Below, piece by piece: positions 10,144-19,545 of a DNA stretch of 60,286 bases (the first letter of the stretch is position 1; every line of letters starts with the position of its first letter). Location: contig CBDURU010000007.1 of assembly GCA_965369865.1 (NCBI GenBank), positions 1 through 60,286 on the forward strand, in the 5' to 3' direction. This DNA comes from an uncultured bacterium (GTDB lineage Bacteria > JAJVIF01 > JAPKYR01). The notes beneath the pieces are model-generated. The model was not told where the DNA came from. It saw only the letters and a program-made list of their open reading frames with translations, and did not search any database. Both the position numbers and the translations under genes were made by a program.

Positions 10144-11274
10144 TCAGTGCGACAACCTTGGTGTCGCGTACATTCCAAAGTTTGGAGTACCGGGACCGCC
10201 AGGAATGTAGTTATTGATCTTAATCGGTGGCAGGAAGATACCGGTTACCCAGTCTGTGTCATTTAATTTTCCATCGCCATCGACGTCTCCCTGTTCTTCT
10301 GCTGTTAACAGGAAGAACGGAGCGAACCCGTCAACGACAACCTGACTGTTGTCAAAAGGAACACCATTATTGAAATCCTGCACGGTATATGCATCCATCC
10401 GGTTCGGATTAATCAGATGTATAATTGGGACTAAGATAACCCTGGGATTGTGTCCATCAAGATGCGGGTCAAATTCCGAGTAAGGCAATGGGTTAGGCCC
10501 AAGCCTCTCTATTGTACCCTTGTTGATGGATTGCATATTACCAGTTTTTGTTGGGAGCCAATCCCCTATTTCCATAGTGCCAGGCCAGCCGTTGGTCATG
10601 GCATATATGACGTCATCGGCACCCGTAGTACCCCCCCAACCCAGGGACCCATCCATCTCAAGGCCAAGGGCGCCACGCCAACCGCGACCGTTACCCATAT
10701 TGGGAGCGGGCATTGGATCAGAGCCATTAGCCCAGTCACCTACTATGATGTTATCTTCACCATATCCTAAAACATACCTTCGACCCCAATTAGCCGGTGA
10801 CAGGTCATCGCTCGGATCGTCGTTCATGTCCGGGTTAATTACGGCGAAAGGAAATCCCCCATCGGTAAGACCGCCAACAAGAACGTTGGTTATAGCAGTC
10901 GCTTCAGCATATATTTCCATAGTGTAGTGACCGAAGAACCTCATGAAGAATGTTGGAACTGATGTCCCAAGCTCAACTGTAAAGTTATCGCCCTGACGGA
11001 CATAATTCGCCTTAATCACGTCATCATAATTTTCCGCTACAAGTTGGGCAGCCTTGTAATGGGCTTCGTATTCGTTCGGAATATATGAAGCACCAGCTAA
11101 AGCTCCGGCATCAGCCGCACGCTGCAACTGGGTCTTAGTGTAAACCCCTCGACCATAATCGGTAACAAGCCCGGCGAAACCAATCAGTACCGGCATTAAA
11201 ATAGCCACGTACAGGATTGCGTTTCCGCGCTGGCCTGGTTTTTTCTTTGGATTCTTTTTTAAATGTTCTACCAT
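10144..11274 (-). CDS. TadG-like Flp pilus assembly / minor pilin protein
   Basis: RGNAILYVA prepilin-like site, TM, D.G....KTQLQRAADAGALAGA, PTFFMRFFG. ATG at 11274 follows AAGGAG. Confidence 0.85.
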   Translation of the reverse strand: MVEHLKKNPKKKPGQRGNAILYVAILMPVLIGFAGLVTDYGRGVYTKTQLQRAADAGALAGASYIPNEYEAHYKAAQLVAENYDDVIKANYVRQGDNFTVELGTSVPTFFMRFFGHYTMEIYAEATAITNVLVGGLTDGGFPFAVINPDMNDDPSDDLSPANWGRRYVLGYGEDNIIVGDWANGSDPMPAPNMGNGRGWRGALGLEMDGSLGWGGTTGADDVIYAMTNGWPGTMEIGDWLPTKTGNMQSINKGTIERLGPNPLPYSEFDPHLDGHNPRVILVPIIHLINPNRMDAYTVQDFNNGVPFDNSQVVVDGFAPFFLLTAEEQGDVDGDGKLNDTDWVTGIFLPPIKINNYIPGGPGTPNFGMYATPRLSH

Positions 11275-11371
11275 AATTAACTCCTTACACTTAATCATTA
11301 AGCCGTCATCGAACTTAATTCAGGTACTCAAAGCACAAATGCCTATGTAGAATAATACTAGATTATAGTGA

Positions 11372-11400
11372 ATTATATCATACTTATCCCGCTTCTGCAA
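11372..11400 (-). promoter_or_regulatory. Sigma70-type promoter of the TadG-like gene
   Basis: TTGCAG-17nt-TATAAT with extended TG on the minus strand. Confidence 0.55.
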
Positions 11401-11572
11401 GTCTTATTTCAGCTTTCTACTCCTGGAGATGCATACAACCTTTATATAATTTTATGTAATTTAAATTATTCGCCCGATTTTTTGCTGTTCTGTGGCTGTT
11501 TGATCTCCAAATTTCACTTTGAATTTTACACGCCAGGATATATAGTTTGTTAAGGTAAAGATCCTGATATCC

Positions 11573-12406
11573 ATGCGAATTGCGTTTGTTCAGACATCCC
11601 CGGGCCTTGGGTGCACGGAGCAAAACCTCACCGAGGCATACTCGCTTCTCGAAAAAGTTCAAGAAGCGGACCTTGCCGTGCTTCCTGAACTGTTTCACTC
11701 CGGCTACGCGGTCCGCGACAAGGGGGAGGCTGAGTTCCTGTCTGTTATTGCCGGTGAAAAGAGCGAACCATTTGCGATGGTGCTGGATGCGTGCAGGAAA
11801 TTCCAGATGTATATAGTCGCTGGATTCCTGGAACAGGATGAAAATAAGGATTTATACAACTCAGCATGGCTGATCGGACAAGATGGAATACTTGCGAAAT
11901 ACCGTAAAAATAATCTTTTTAATCTTGAAAAATCCATCTTCAAACCCGGGATGGAACTTTCCCCGGTAACAACAATCGGTGGAACCAAACAAGCCAGGAT
12001 CGGGATGATGATTTGTTTCGATTGGATTTTCCCTGAACCTTGGGGGAAAATTGCGTGGGGAGAAGGAACTGGATCCGGAGCCCAGATTATTGCCCATCCG
12101 GTAAATCTTGTGTTGCCGGACGCCTGCCCGCTTGCAATTCGCACCCGGGCTATGGAAAATCGGGTATTTATTGTAACATCTGGAAGGGTAGGTGTGGATC
12201 CTGGCCCCGATGGAGATATTGAATTCCGTGCCGGCAGCAGGATAATCGCGCCGGATGGAACAATTCTCGCGGCAGGGCATGAATCTCAGGCTGATTGTGA
12301 TATGGTTGAGATCGACCCGACATGGGCGGATGATAAATTTGTCACCCCTCGTAACCATATCCTGCGCGAAAGATTCGGCATTCCAAATGATGAAGACGTT
12401 TCTTAG
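11573..12406 (+). CDS. Carbon-nitrogen hydrolase (nitrilase superfamily)
   Basis: E-K-C triad: LPELF, YRK, MICFDW; also RAMENR and GSRIIAPDG. Confidence 0.92.
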   Translation: MRIAFVQTSPGLGCTEQNLTEAYSLLEKVQEADLAVLPELFHSGYAVRDKGEAEFLSVIAGEKSEPFAMVLDACRKFQMYIVAGFLEQDENKDLYNSAWLIGQDGILAKYRKNNLFNLEKSIFKPGMELSPVTTIGGTKQARIGMMICFDWIFPEPWGKIAWGEGTGSGAQIIAHPVNLVLPDACPLAIRTRAMENRVFIVTSGRVGVDPGPDGDIEFRAGSRIIAPDGTILAAGHESQADCDMVEIDPTWADDKFVTPRNHILRERFGIPNDEDVS

Positions 12407-12420
12407 AAAGTAGTAACTTA

Positions 12421-15174
12421 ATGACTGAAAACGAAAACACAATATCCCCGGATACCGCACAAGTTGAGGATGAAGTTCGAGCACGGCCTGAATTTACCAG
12501 GTTCGTGGCAATCGATATCGAGACCACCGGATTGAATCCCGCCGAGGGAGAAATCATCGAACTCGGTGCGGTCAGGTTTATCGATCAGGATGAGGTGGAA
12601 ACCTACCATTCACTCGTAAAACCCGACCACGGACTTCCCGAACGGAATCGAAGGTTAACTGGAATCGAGCCGTCGATGCTCGAGAGTGCAAGGGATTCCA
12701 AATCCGCACTCGAGGATTTCGTGGAATTCATCGGGGATGATCTGCTCATCTCACACAACGCACCGTTCGATAGAAAATTCATTCAACACCACCTAGGTGA
12801 ACAAGGCCACGACCCGATCGAAAATCCAATGCTGTGCACCCTCCACCTGTCGGCTATAGTTAATCCAGAGGCTGTTTCACTTCAGCTTGGTAATCTGGCC
12901 CGCATGTGGAAAATCGAAATTATCGATCCTCACAGGGCTCTCCAGGATGCCCGAATGGCTGGCCGGCTGTTTATCAAGTTAATGAATGACATCAGGATGT
13001 GGCGTACCGAATTCATTGCGCACCTGGCGGATTACAGGGGTAAAAGCCTCGATCCGATCTTCGATTTATTCGATGAACTGGTTGGTGACCCTCCCGGTGA
13101 TATGGGTAAATTCAACCTCGGCAGGGAAATTGTACGCAGGTTGAGAAACCATCGTAAGGAATGCCCACTGCCGTTATTGAAACTTCCCGAGGTTGAAATG
13201 CGACAGAAATTAACAGCAGATGAGCCGCTGGAAAATGAAATCAGGGATGCTTTCAAGCGTGGTGGCATTACGTTTCTTGAGGATACCCGTCCAGGTGCCG
13301 GACCTGCGTCATGTACGATTCCAATCGGACCCAAAGGGATTCCAAACCTTGTTGTCGCCATCCCGGATGAAAGTTACATCCCTGAAATAGTGGGCCCGGA
13401 TAACGGCATGGATGGCTGCGCCGATGAGTCCGGCGCATTTTTCCTCGGCACCCGGAGCGACTATGTCTGTACGTACAGGGCTTTCGATCTGGACGGCCGT
13501 CCACTCGGATGGCTTGAACTAAGCCCGTTCGAACGTGTAGTACTTGCCCGTTGGCTTGCGGGAACACATACCGGTCGGATCGCCAGGGTCAACTGGTGGC
13601 TCTTAAATAATTTCTCGGGGCTTAAGGGCCACCTGAATACATTGAGCATTTCTTCATTGGAATGTATCGGACCGAGTGCGAGTAAAATCGAGAACTGCTT
13701 CGTCGAATTGGCGCGTCTTAAAGCTGAAAAAGCGGGTCGTATTATCGTCACCCAGAAACACCTCTGTACAAGGAAAAAAGATGAAGAGATCCAGGAACGT
13801 CTGCTCGAATCGGTAGATGCTTGTATCATCGAGAATGCCTCAAAATTTGTCAGCTCAGCCCGTGAAACCGAGAGTTATACGCTCGAACTGGATGTATTAT
13901 GCCGCCAGCTCGTTACCCTGGTTAAAGCTAATGAAAATGATTCCACCGGGTTTGTCGATTGCATCGGGTCGGCACTGGCTCAGATTCAGGACCTGACGGA
14001 AACATGCAAGAGGACAATCAGCAACTACCGAAATTCTCAGCCGCATGGAAGCTCCCAACCAATCCCGGTAGACGATGAGAACTGGCAGGATGAAAAATTC
14101 TCGGAACTTGCAGCAGCCCTCGACCTTGCCGGTGATGCACTGACGAACACTGCAAAGGAAATTGAAGGTAATCAATTAATCTCACGTGCCAACAAGGTTT
14201 TTACTAGAGTGCTTGCACGTGCGGAAGAGACAATCAGGACGTTCATAAAAATTCCAGCGGGTTTGGCTGCTTCGATTGAAGGAGTCCCTGTAAGGAAACC
14301 GAAACGGGTATCCCTGAACCTGGTGCCCATTGAAATAGGGCAAGTTGTCCACCGTGTTATAGAAGAATCGACAGGGGGTGTGCTGGCAATTGACCGTCAT
14401 TTAAGGACCGGTGATTCGTTCGAGCGGTTCCGTCACCAGTGGGGCTTGATCGCCGAACCGGTCGAGGAACGAGTGTTGGGGGAGCCTTCACTTGTACTGC
14501 CCGGGCTTTACCTTCCCGTGGATGTGACTTCACCGACAGCACGGTCGGGACGGCGGTATCACTGGGAAAAGTACATGGAACGGACCGCGAACCTTCTCAG
14601 GATGCTCGCTGAAACCCTCGGGGGCCGGACGATCGCCGCATTCAATGCCCACCACGAACTACGGCGTATCCGTGAACTGCTGGAAACCAATCCGCCGTCC
14701 GACTGTATCGTTCTCGCCCAGTATATGGATGGCACTAAAAGCTCTCTTGTTCGTGAATATTTAACGAACCCAAGAACACTCCTGCTTGGCGGAAGGAATT
14801 TCCTGGACGGCGTCGACCTCCGCACTGCGGGTTTCACCGTTCTTGTAATGGTAAAAATTCCGTTTGTGTCTCCCGAGGAGCCTGTGCATCGTGCGGCACT
14901 TCAAACTTATGACGATCTTGGGAACGATGGCATGTCAAATTACCTTATTCCGCTGGCTGCCGAGACATCCAACCGGTGGATCGACAGCCTTATAGCCGGT
15001 CCCGTTCTGGAATCGGCCGATCCCTCCAAACCTGCAGGTGCGGTTATACTCCTCGACCCGCGCGCCGTCAAAAATGAGTGGGGCGATGAATTTATTAATT
15101 TACTGAACGCGAGCCCTGTCTACAGGTTGCCGTTTATCGAAATCAAGAAAAAAATCGCCGAGCTCAATCGATAA
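12421..15174 (+). CDS. DEDDh 3'-5' exonuclease fused to a degenerate DinG-family helicase body
   Basis: DIETTG, HNAPFD, HRALQDA exonuclease motifs; DinG-like C-terminus (FLDGVDL, KIPF, ILLDPR) but no GKS, DEAH or QxxGR. Confidence 0.85.
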   Translation: MTENENTISPDTAQVEDEVRARPEFTRFVAIDIETTGLNPAEGEIIELGAVRFIDQDEVETYHSLVKPDHGLPERNRRLTGIEPSMLESARDSKSALEDFVEFIGDDLLISHNAPFDRKFIQHHLGEQGHDPIENPMLCTLHLSAIVNPEAVSLQLGNLARMWKIEIIDPHRALQDARMAGRLFIKLMNDIRMWRTEFIAHLADYRGKSLDPIFDLFDELVGDPPGDMGKFNLGREIVRRLRNHRKECPLPLLKLPEVEMRQKLTADEPLENEIRDAFKRGGITFLEDTRPGAGPASCTIPIGPKGIPNLVVAIPDESYIPEIVGPDNGMDGCADESGAFFLGTRSDYVCTYRAFDLDGRPLGWLELSPFERVVLARWLAGTHTGRIARVNWWLLNNFSGLKGHLNTLSISSLECIGPSASKIENCFVELARLKAEKAGRIIVTQKHLCTRKKDEEIQERLLESVDACIIENASKFVSSARETESYTLELDVLCRQLVTLVKANENDSTGFVDCIGSALAQIQDLTETCKRTISNYRNSQPHGSSQPIPVDDENWQDEKFSELAAALDLAGDALTNTAKEIEGNQLISRANKVFTRVLARAEETIRTFIKIPAGLAASIEGVPVRKPKRVSLNLVPIEIGQVVHRVIEESTGGVLAIDRHLRTGDSFERFRHQWGLIAEPVEERVLGEPSLVLPGLYLPVDVTSPTARSGRRYHWEKYMERTANLLRMLAETLGGRTIAAFNAHHELRRIRELLETNPPSDCIVLAQYMDGTKSSLVREYLTNPRTLLLGGRNFLDGVDLRTAGFTVLVMVKIPFVSPEEPVHRAALQTYDDLGNDGMSNYLIPLAAETSNRWIDSLIAGPVLESADPSKPAGAVILLDPRAVKNEWGDEFINLLNASPVYRLPFIEIKKKIAELNR

Positions 15175-15258
15175 AATTAACCGTATAGCAGATTTTGGCG
15201 ACGTGGGTAATATCAGATTTCCCCTCTTATAAACTCAAAGCCCTGGTCAACTCAATAT

Positions 15259-15331
15259 GTAACCCGGAAACCCATTTCATTAGCATATCTACAAGCTTGG
15301 ATCATTTTCGCGAAATGGGTTTCCGGGCTAC
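15259..15331. repeat. 20-bp inverted repeat with GTA(A/G) outer ends (REPIN-like / bidirectional terminator)
   Basis: GTAACCCGGAAACCCATTTC-33nt-GAAATGGGTTTCCGGGCTAC (19/20 match) between convergent genes. Confidence 0.7.
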
Positions 15332-15341
15332 TTGCTCATGA

Positions 15342-16163
15342 TCAGTTCATCAAAGCTTTCGTCAACTCAATAAATTGCTCAACCGGCAATTCCTGCGCGC
15401 GGGCGTTGGGTTTGATCCCGATTTTATCGATCAATTCCTCTATTTCACTAATGGGCTTGTCCGGGTATCCCGCATGGAGATTGTTCCTGAGTGTTTTACG
15501 GCGCATATGAAACAACACCTGCACAACCCGCTCAAATGAATCGGTAAGGTCATCATCAATAAGTGCATGCTTATGCGGGATCATCTGTATCAGTGAACTT
15601 GTGACTTTCGGACGGGGTGTAAACGCTTCAGGTGGAACATCAAACAAAATATGTGTTTTTAAAAATGCCCCCAGCGACACCGTCAACCGTCCGTAATCGC
15701 TCGTGTTCGGTTCCGCGCCGATCCTTTCCGCTACCTCCTTTTGCATTAGGAAAACCCCGCGCTCTATTTCCAGACGGCTGTATGCAAGCCTCAGAAGAAG
15801 CGGGGACGTCAGGTAGAACGGAAGGTTTCCGCAAACAATAATTTTTTCGCCAGGGTCGAGTTTTAAGGAATTTCGATCCCACTCGATTTTCAGGGCATCG
15901 AGTTCACGGATTTCAACGTGGCTCCCATCCCTGCCGGATTTATCCCATGTGGGTCCGAATTCTTTAAGATGATCGACCCATTTCCGATCGATTTCGTAAA
16001 CGATTAACCGTCCGGCCTGGGGGATTAGATAACGGGTCAACGCACCTCGTCCGCCGCCGATTTCAATGCATGTACATTCCCGATCGATTTCAACCGCATC
16101 GGCGATTTTTCTCGAGTAGCGTTTATCGGTAAGCCAGTGTTGTCCAAGTTTCGCACGTGGCAT
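15342..16163 (-). CDS. rsmA: 16S rRNA adenine dimethyltransferase RsmA/KsgA
   Basis: KLGQHWL, EIGGGRGALT, GNLPFY, MQKEVAERI, F.PRPKV.S, RRKTLRN. Confidence 0.93.
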   Translation of the reverse strand: MPRAKLGQHWLTDKRYSRKIADAVEIDRECTCIEIGGGRGALTRYLIPQAGRLIVYEIDRKWVDHLKEFGPTWDKSGRDGSHVEIRELDALKIEWDRNSLKLDPGEKIIVCGNLPFYLTSPLLLRLAYSRLEIERGVFLMQKEVAERIGAEPNTSDYGRLTVSLGAFLKTHILFDVPPEAFTPRPKVTSSLIQMIPHKHALIDDDLTDSFERVVQVLFHMRRKTLRNNLHAGYPDKPISEIEELIDKIGIKPNARAQELPVEQFIELTKALMN

Positions 16164-16387
16164 GTTGTGTTTAAGTGTAGCATTTTGTGTTTGGATTCTG
16201 AAATCCTCTATGTTTACTGGAGCCAGGGAAATATGGAGAAAAAGCTGAATCTCCCTCAAACATTGACGATATCGATTCCACAATATAATTTGATGAACAG
16301 AATATTATGCCCCCCAAAAAATCGTTGGTCCTGTAATGTGGGATTTATGCCAGAATTCCATTTCCTTTGTTTACCGCCCTTGAAACC

Positions 16388-16396
16388 TGCTATAAT
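16388..16396 (+). promoter_or_regulatory. Extended -10 promoter of grpE
   Basis: TGCTATAAT 12 nt upstream of ATG 16409, implying a very short leader. Confidence 0.45.
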
Positions 16397-16408
16397 TGCA
16401 CGACCATC

Positions 16409-17050
16409 ATGCGCGAGATTCATGTAGATTTTACAGGTGAAAAACCACTGGATGTTCCATGGCCGGAAGAAATTGAGGACGTCAGGAAGGAACTCCAGGG
16501 ACTCGAAGATATTGACCTCGTCCAGTTATTCCAGGAAATTTCCAAAATCCGCCTGGCGGTAGTGAAAGCCGGACGCAAGCGTGCCCAGGAAGGTCCGACC
16601 CCGTTATCGGAAGAGAAAGGCGTTCGTTTCCTGACTACAGCAATCAATGAACTCAGGCGCCTTACCCCTGAAGTAACTAACATGAAGGAAAGGATCGAGG
16701 AATCCGTCAGGGAGGAATTCATGCTGCAGTTATTCCCGATAATTGATTCCTTCGATCGGTTTTTCGCATCCGTCAGGGAAGTCAGCGATCCAAAGCTTGA
16801 AAAATGGATCGAAGGAATCAGGGGTGTGTATAATTCCGTACTTGTGGTCCTGCGTAATAATAATGTAAAGGAAATTCCAACCAAGGGAGTATTCAATCCG
16901 AAGTACCAGGCGGCGGTTGGCACAGAGGTCAATAACGACCTCTCACCAGGCTCGATTATCTCGGTCGAACGCAGGGGATTTGTGATTGGATCAAAAATTC
17001 TTCGCACTCCTGAAGTAATTATCAGTAAAAGGGACGATATAACAGAGTAG
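16409..17050 (+). CDS. grpE: GrpE-family nucleotide exchange factor
   Basis: LFPIIDSFDR, FNPKYQAAV, RGFVIGSKILRTPEVII; lies upstream of an Hsp70 gene. Confidence 0.82.
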   Translation: MREIHVDFTGEKPLDVPWPEEIEDVRKELQGLEDIDLVQLFQEISKIRLAVVKAGRKRAQEGPTPLSEEKGVRFLTTAINELRRLTPEVTNMKERIEESVREEFMLQLFPIIDSFDRFFASVREVSDPKLEKWIEGIRGVYNSVLVVLRNNNVKEIPTKGVFNPKYQAAVGTEVNNDLSPGSIISVERRGFVIGSKILRTPEVIISKRDDITE

Positions 17051-17331
17051 GGACCTGATCGAGGTTACTGTATATACTGAAATAAAAAAACTCGATTCAG
17101 GCGTGAAAACAGTATCAACAAGGTAGATTTTCTGGTATCTTTATATATTCAGTCTCAGGCTGGATTATATCCCTGTTACCTTCACTGGATGTTTCAGTGA
17201 AAGTTTGGCGTAAAATTAAAATATTCCAGGACCAGGGAAAGCAACAGTCGAAGGGGCGAAATTAACTTATATCTATATCTTTATGTCCCTGATACTGACT
17301 TAAGTCATGGTCCATAAGGAGAGATTGGTAA

Positions 17332-19146
17332 ATGATTGTCGGCATTGACCTCGGGACCACAACGAGTCTCGTAGCAACTATCAAGGACGGCAAACCTGCA
17401 CTGATTCTTAACGAGCGTGGAAAGACGATCACACCTAGCGTGGTGGGCTTTTCCGAGACCGGTGAGCTTCTTGTCGGTGAAGCTGCGAAAAACCAGGCGG
17501 TTGCACATCCTGATCGTACCGTCTCCTCTATCAAGAGGATTATGGGTACTAACCAGCGTGTCACCCTGGGTGGTAAAGAATATACTCCCCAGGAAATTTC
17601 TGCTCTCATACTCGCAAAATTAAAACGCGATGCTGAGACTTATTTCGGCCAACCGGTCGCTGAAGCCGTGGTTACCGTTCCGGCCTACTTCACCGATGCC
17701 CAGCGTCAGGCAACTAAGGATGCCGGTGAAATTGCCGGATTTACGGTTGAAAGGATTATCAACGAGCCTACTGCGGCTGCCCTGGCCTATGGTTTCCAGC
17801 ACCAGGAAGAATCGAAAACCATCCTTGTCTATGACTTCGGAGGCGGTACTTTCGATGTCAGCATCATCAAGATGGTCGAAGGCGCCTTCAAAGTGCTTTC
17901 TTCCTCCGGCAACAACCGCCTGGGCGGCGATGATTTCGACCAGGCTGTCACGGATCATCTTTTCGCCGAGTTCAAGGAAAAAGAGGGAATCGACCTCCTT
18001 AACATCGATGATGAAAAAATGCGGCTTTCAATCGGACAGAGAATCATGGAAGCTGCCGAGAAAGCCAAGATCGACCTCTCGACACTCCTCGAAACCAATA
18101 TTAATATTCCATTCCTTTATTCCGAAGAAGATGAGCCCAAGCATCTCGATGTAGTTCTTACACGTGCTGAATTCGAAAGCATGACTGAATCTCTCGTCGA
18201 GGCCACAAGGGAGCCGCTTGAAAAAGCGTTCGAAGCCTCCGGGTTGGACAAAGACGGCATCGATTCAGTTATTCTGGTTGGAGGAACCACCAGGATGCCT
18301 TCGGTCAAGAGATTCGTTACGGAAATCCTGGATCGCGAGCCTCTCGCTGAGGTCCATCCGGAAGAATGCGTCGCGATCGGAGCTGCTGTCCAGGCCGGGG
18401 TTAAGGTCGGACAACTCGATGACCTTGTGGTTGTTGATGTCGCTCCGTATACACTCGGTATCGAAGTTGTAAATGACAGGTTCAGCCCTATCATTTACGC
18501 GAACACGGCCATTCCCTGCAGCCAGAAACGACGGTATGTCACGGTTTCCGATTACCAGACTGAAGCTAACATTCACGTACTGCAGGGTAATCACAAGCTT
18601 GCCAGCCGGAATACTTCACTCGGTGAATTCGTCCTGACAGGTATTACACCGAAACCCAGGGGCGAGGCGATTGTCGAAGTTATTTTCGATTACGATGTTA
18701 ATGGTATCGTCAATGTTACAGCCCGCGACCGTGATTCAGGGGCTAAAAAGAACATTATCATTAAACAATCGAAAGAGCGGATGGGGATCACTGAGAAGGA
18801 TGAAGCCCGTGAGATGGTCGGCCAGGTACAGTTCGCGCCTAGTTCTGACGCACCGGGCCTCAGTGGCGGCGCGGCACCTCTGGTCGGTGATGAATCCTTA
18901 CCGGTAACAGCCCAAAAAGACCAGGCCGGTAAATCTTCCGCCCAGATCGAAGCCGAATTCTACCTTAATGATGCCAGGGACTTTCTTGCCGATAAGGGCG
19001 ACGGCCTTCCCGACCAGATGCGCTCACAAATCGAGGATACCGTCAAGCAGCTTGAGCAGGCCATCGAGGCCAATAACGAAGGCAAAATTGATAAGTTGTC
19101 CGATACGCTCCTGATGCAATTGTCGGATGCGGATATCGCGACGTGA
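17332..19146 (+). CDS. dnaK: Hsp70/DnaK-family chaperone (divergent C-terminal lid)
   Basis: GIDLGTT, TVPAYF, INEPTAAALAYG, DFGGGTFDVS, LVGGTTRMP, and a substrate-binding domain. Confidence 0.9.
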   Translation: MIVGIDLGTTTSLVATIKDGKPALILNERGKTITPSVVGFSETGELLVGEAAKNQAVAHPDRTVSSIKRIMGTNQRVTLGGKEYTPQEISALILAKLKRDAETYFGQPVAEAVVTVPAYFTDAQRQATKDAGEIAGFTVERIINEPTAAALAYGFQHQEESKTILVYDFGGGTFDVSIIKMVEGAFKVLSSSGNNRLGGDDFDQAVTDHLFAEFKEKEGIDLLNIDDEKMRLSIGQRIMEAAEKAKIDLSTLLETNINIPFLYSEEDEPKHLDVVLTRAEFESMTESLVEATREPLEKAFEASGLDKDGIDSVILVGGTTRMPSVKRFVTEILDREPLAEVHPEECVAIGAAVQAGVKVGQLDDLVVVDVAPYTLGIEVVNDRFSPIIYANTAIPCSQKRRYVTVSDYQTEANIHVLQGNHKLASRNTSLGEFVLTGITPKPRGEAIVEVIFDYDVNGIVNVTARDRDSGAKKNIIIKQSKERMGITEKDEAREMVGQVQFAPSSDAPGLSGGAAPLVGDESLPVTAQKDQAGKSSAQIEAEFYLNDARDFLADKGDGLPDQMRSQIEDTVKQLEQAIEANNEGKIDKLSDTLLMQLSDADIAT

Positions 19147-19185
19147 CGCATAACAGTCTAATTTGAGAATACCATTCAAGCGTGT

Positions 19186-19218
19186 ACCTCCTGGATTTGA
19201 GCCGGGAGGTAATTTTTT
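19186..19218 (+). terminator. Intrinsic terminator after dnaK
   Basis: TACCTCCTGG...CCGGGAGGTA hairpin followed by a T-run. Confidence 0.7.
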
Positions 19219-19250
19219 ATTTTTTTCAATACCGGTAGTTTAAAAATTAT

Positions 19251-19288
19251 AAAAAAAAATGCCCCCGGTGGAACCGGGGGTATTTTTT
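19251..19288. terminator. Bidirectional intrinsic terminator
   Basis: A9-TGCCCCCGGT-GGA-ACCGGGGGTA-T6. Confidence 0.75.
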
Positions 19289-19323
19289 AAATTGGTTGTT
19301 ACAGATTTTGTTTGTAATCAGTC

Positions 19324-19527
19324 TTACTGGCCTACGCGGCGAAAACCGCTTCTATCGCTTGCCGGTATGGCATTCAGTTCGATGCTTTGTTCAATCTGAA
19401 TTTCATTGGCAGTAATAGAAGATGCCACGTTGGAAGTACCGGGCACCTGGGCCACGGTAACCGCTCCCCATGCCAGGAGACCAGCGAGTACAAGTGTAAA
19501 AGTAATTGTCCTTATAATCTTGTTCAT
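19324..19527 (-). CDS. Small secreted peptide (67 aa)
   Basis: AAGGAG RBS, Sec-type signal (MNKIIR..LVLAGLLAWGAVTVA|Q), 18 nt after the stop of the large lipoprotein, followed by a terminator. Confidence 0.7.
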   Translation of the reverse strand: MNKIIRTITFTLVLAGLLAWGAVTVAQVPGTSNVASSITANEIQIEQSIELNAIPASDRSGFRRVGQ

Positions 19528-19545
19528 CGTTTTATCTCCTTTTTA

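Noticed and set aside
16200..17331. CIRCE operator for grpE/dnaK
   Set aside because: No TTAGCACTC-N9-GAGTGCTAA seen.
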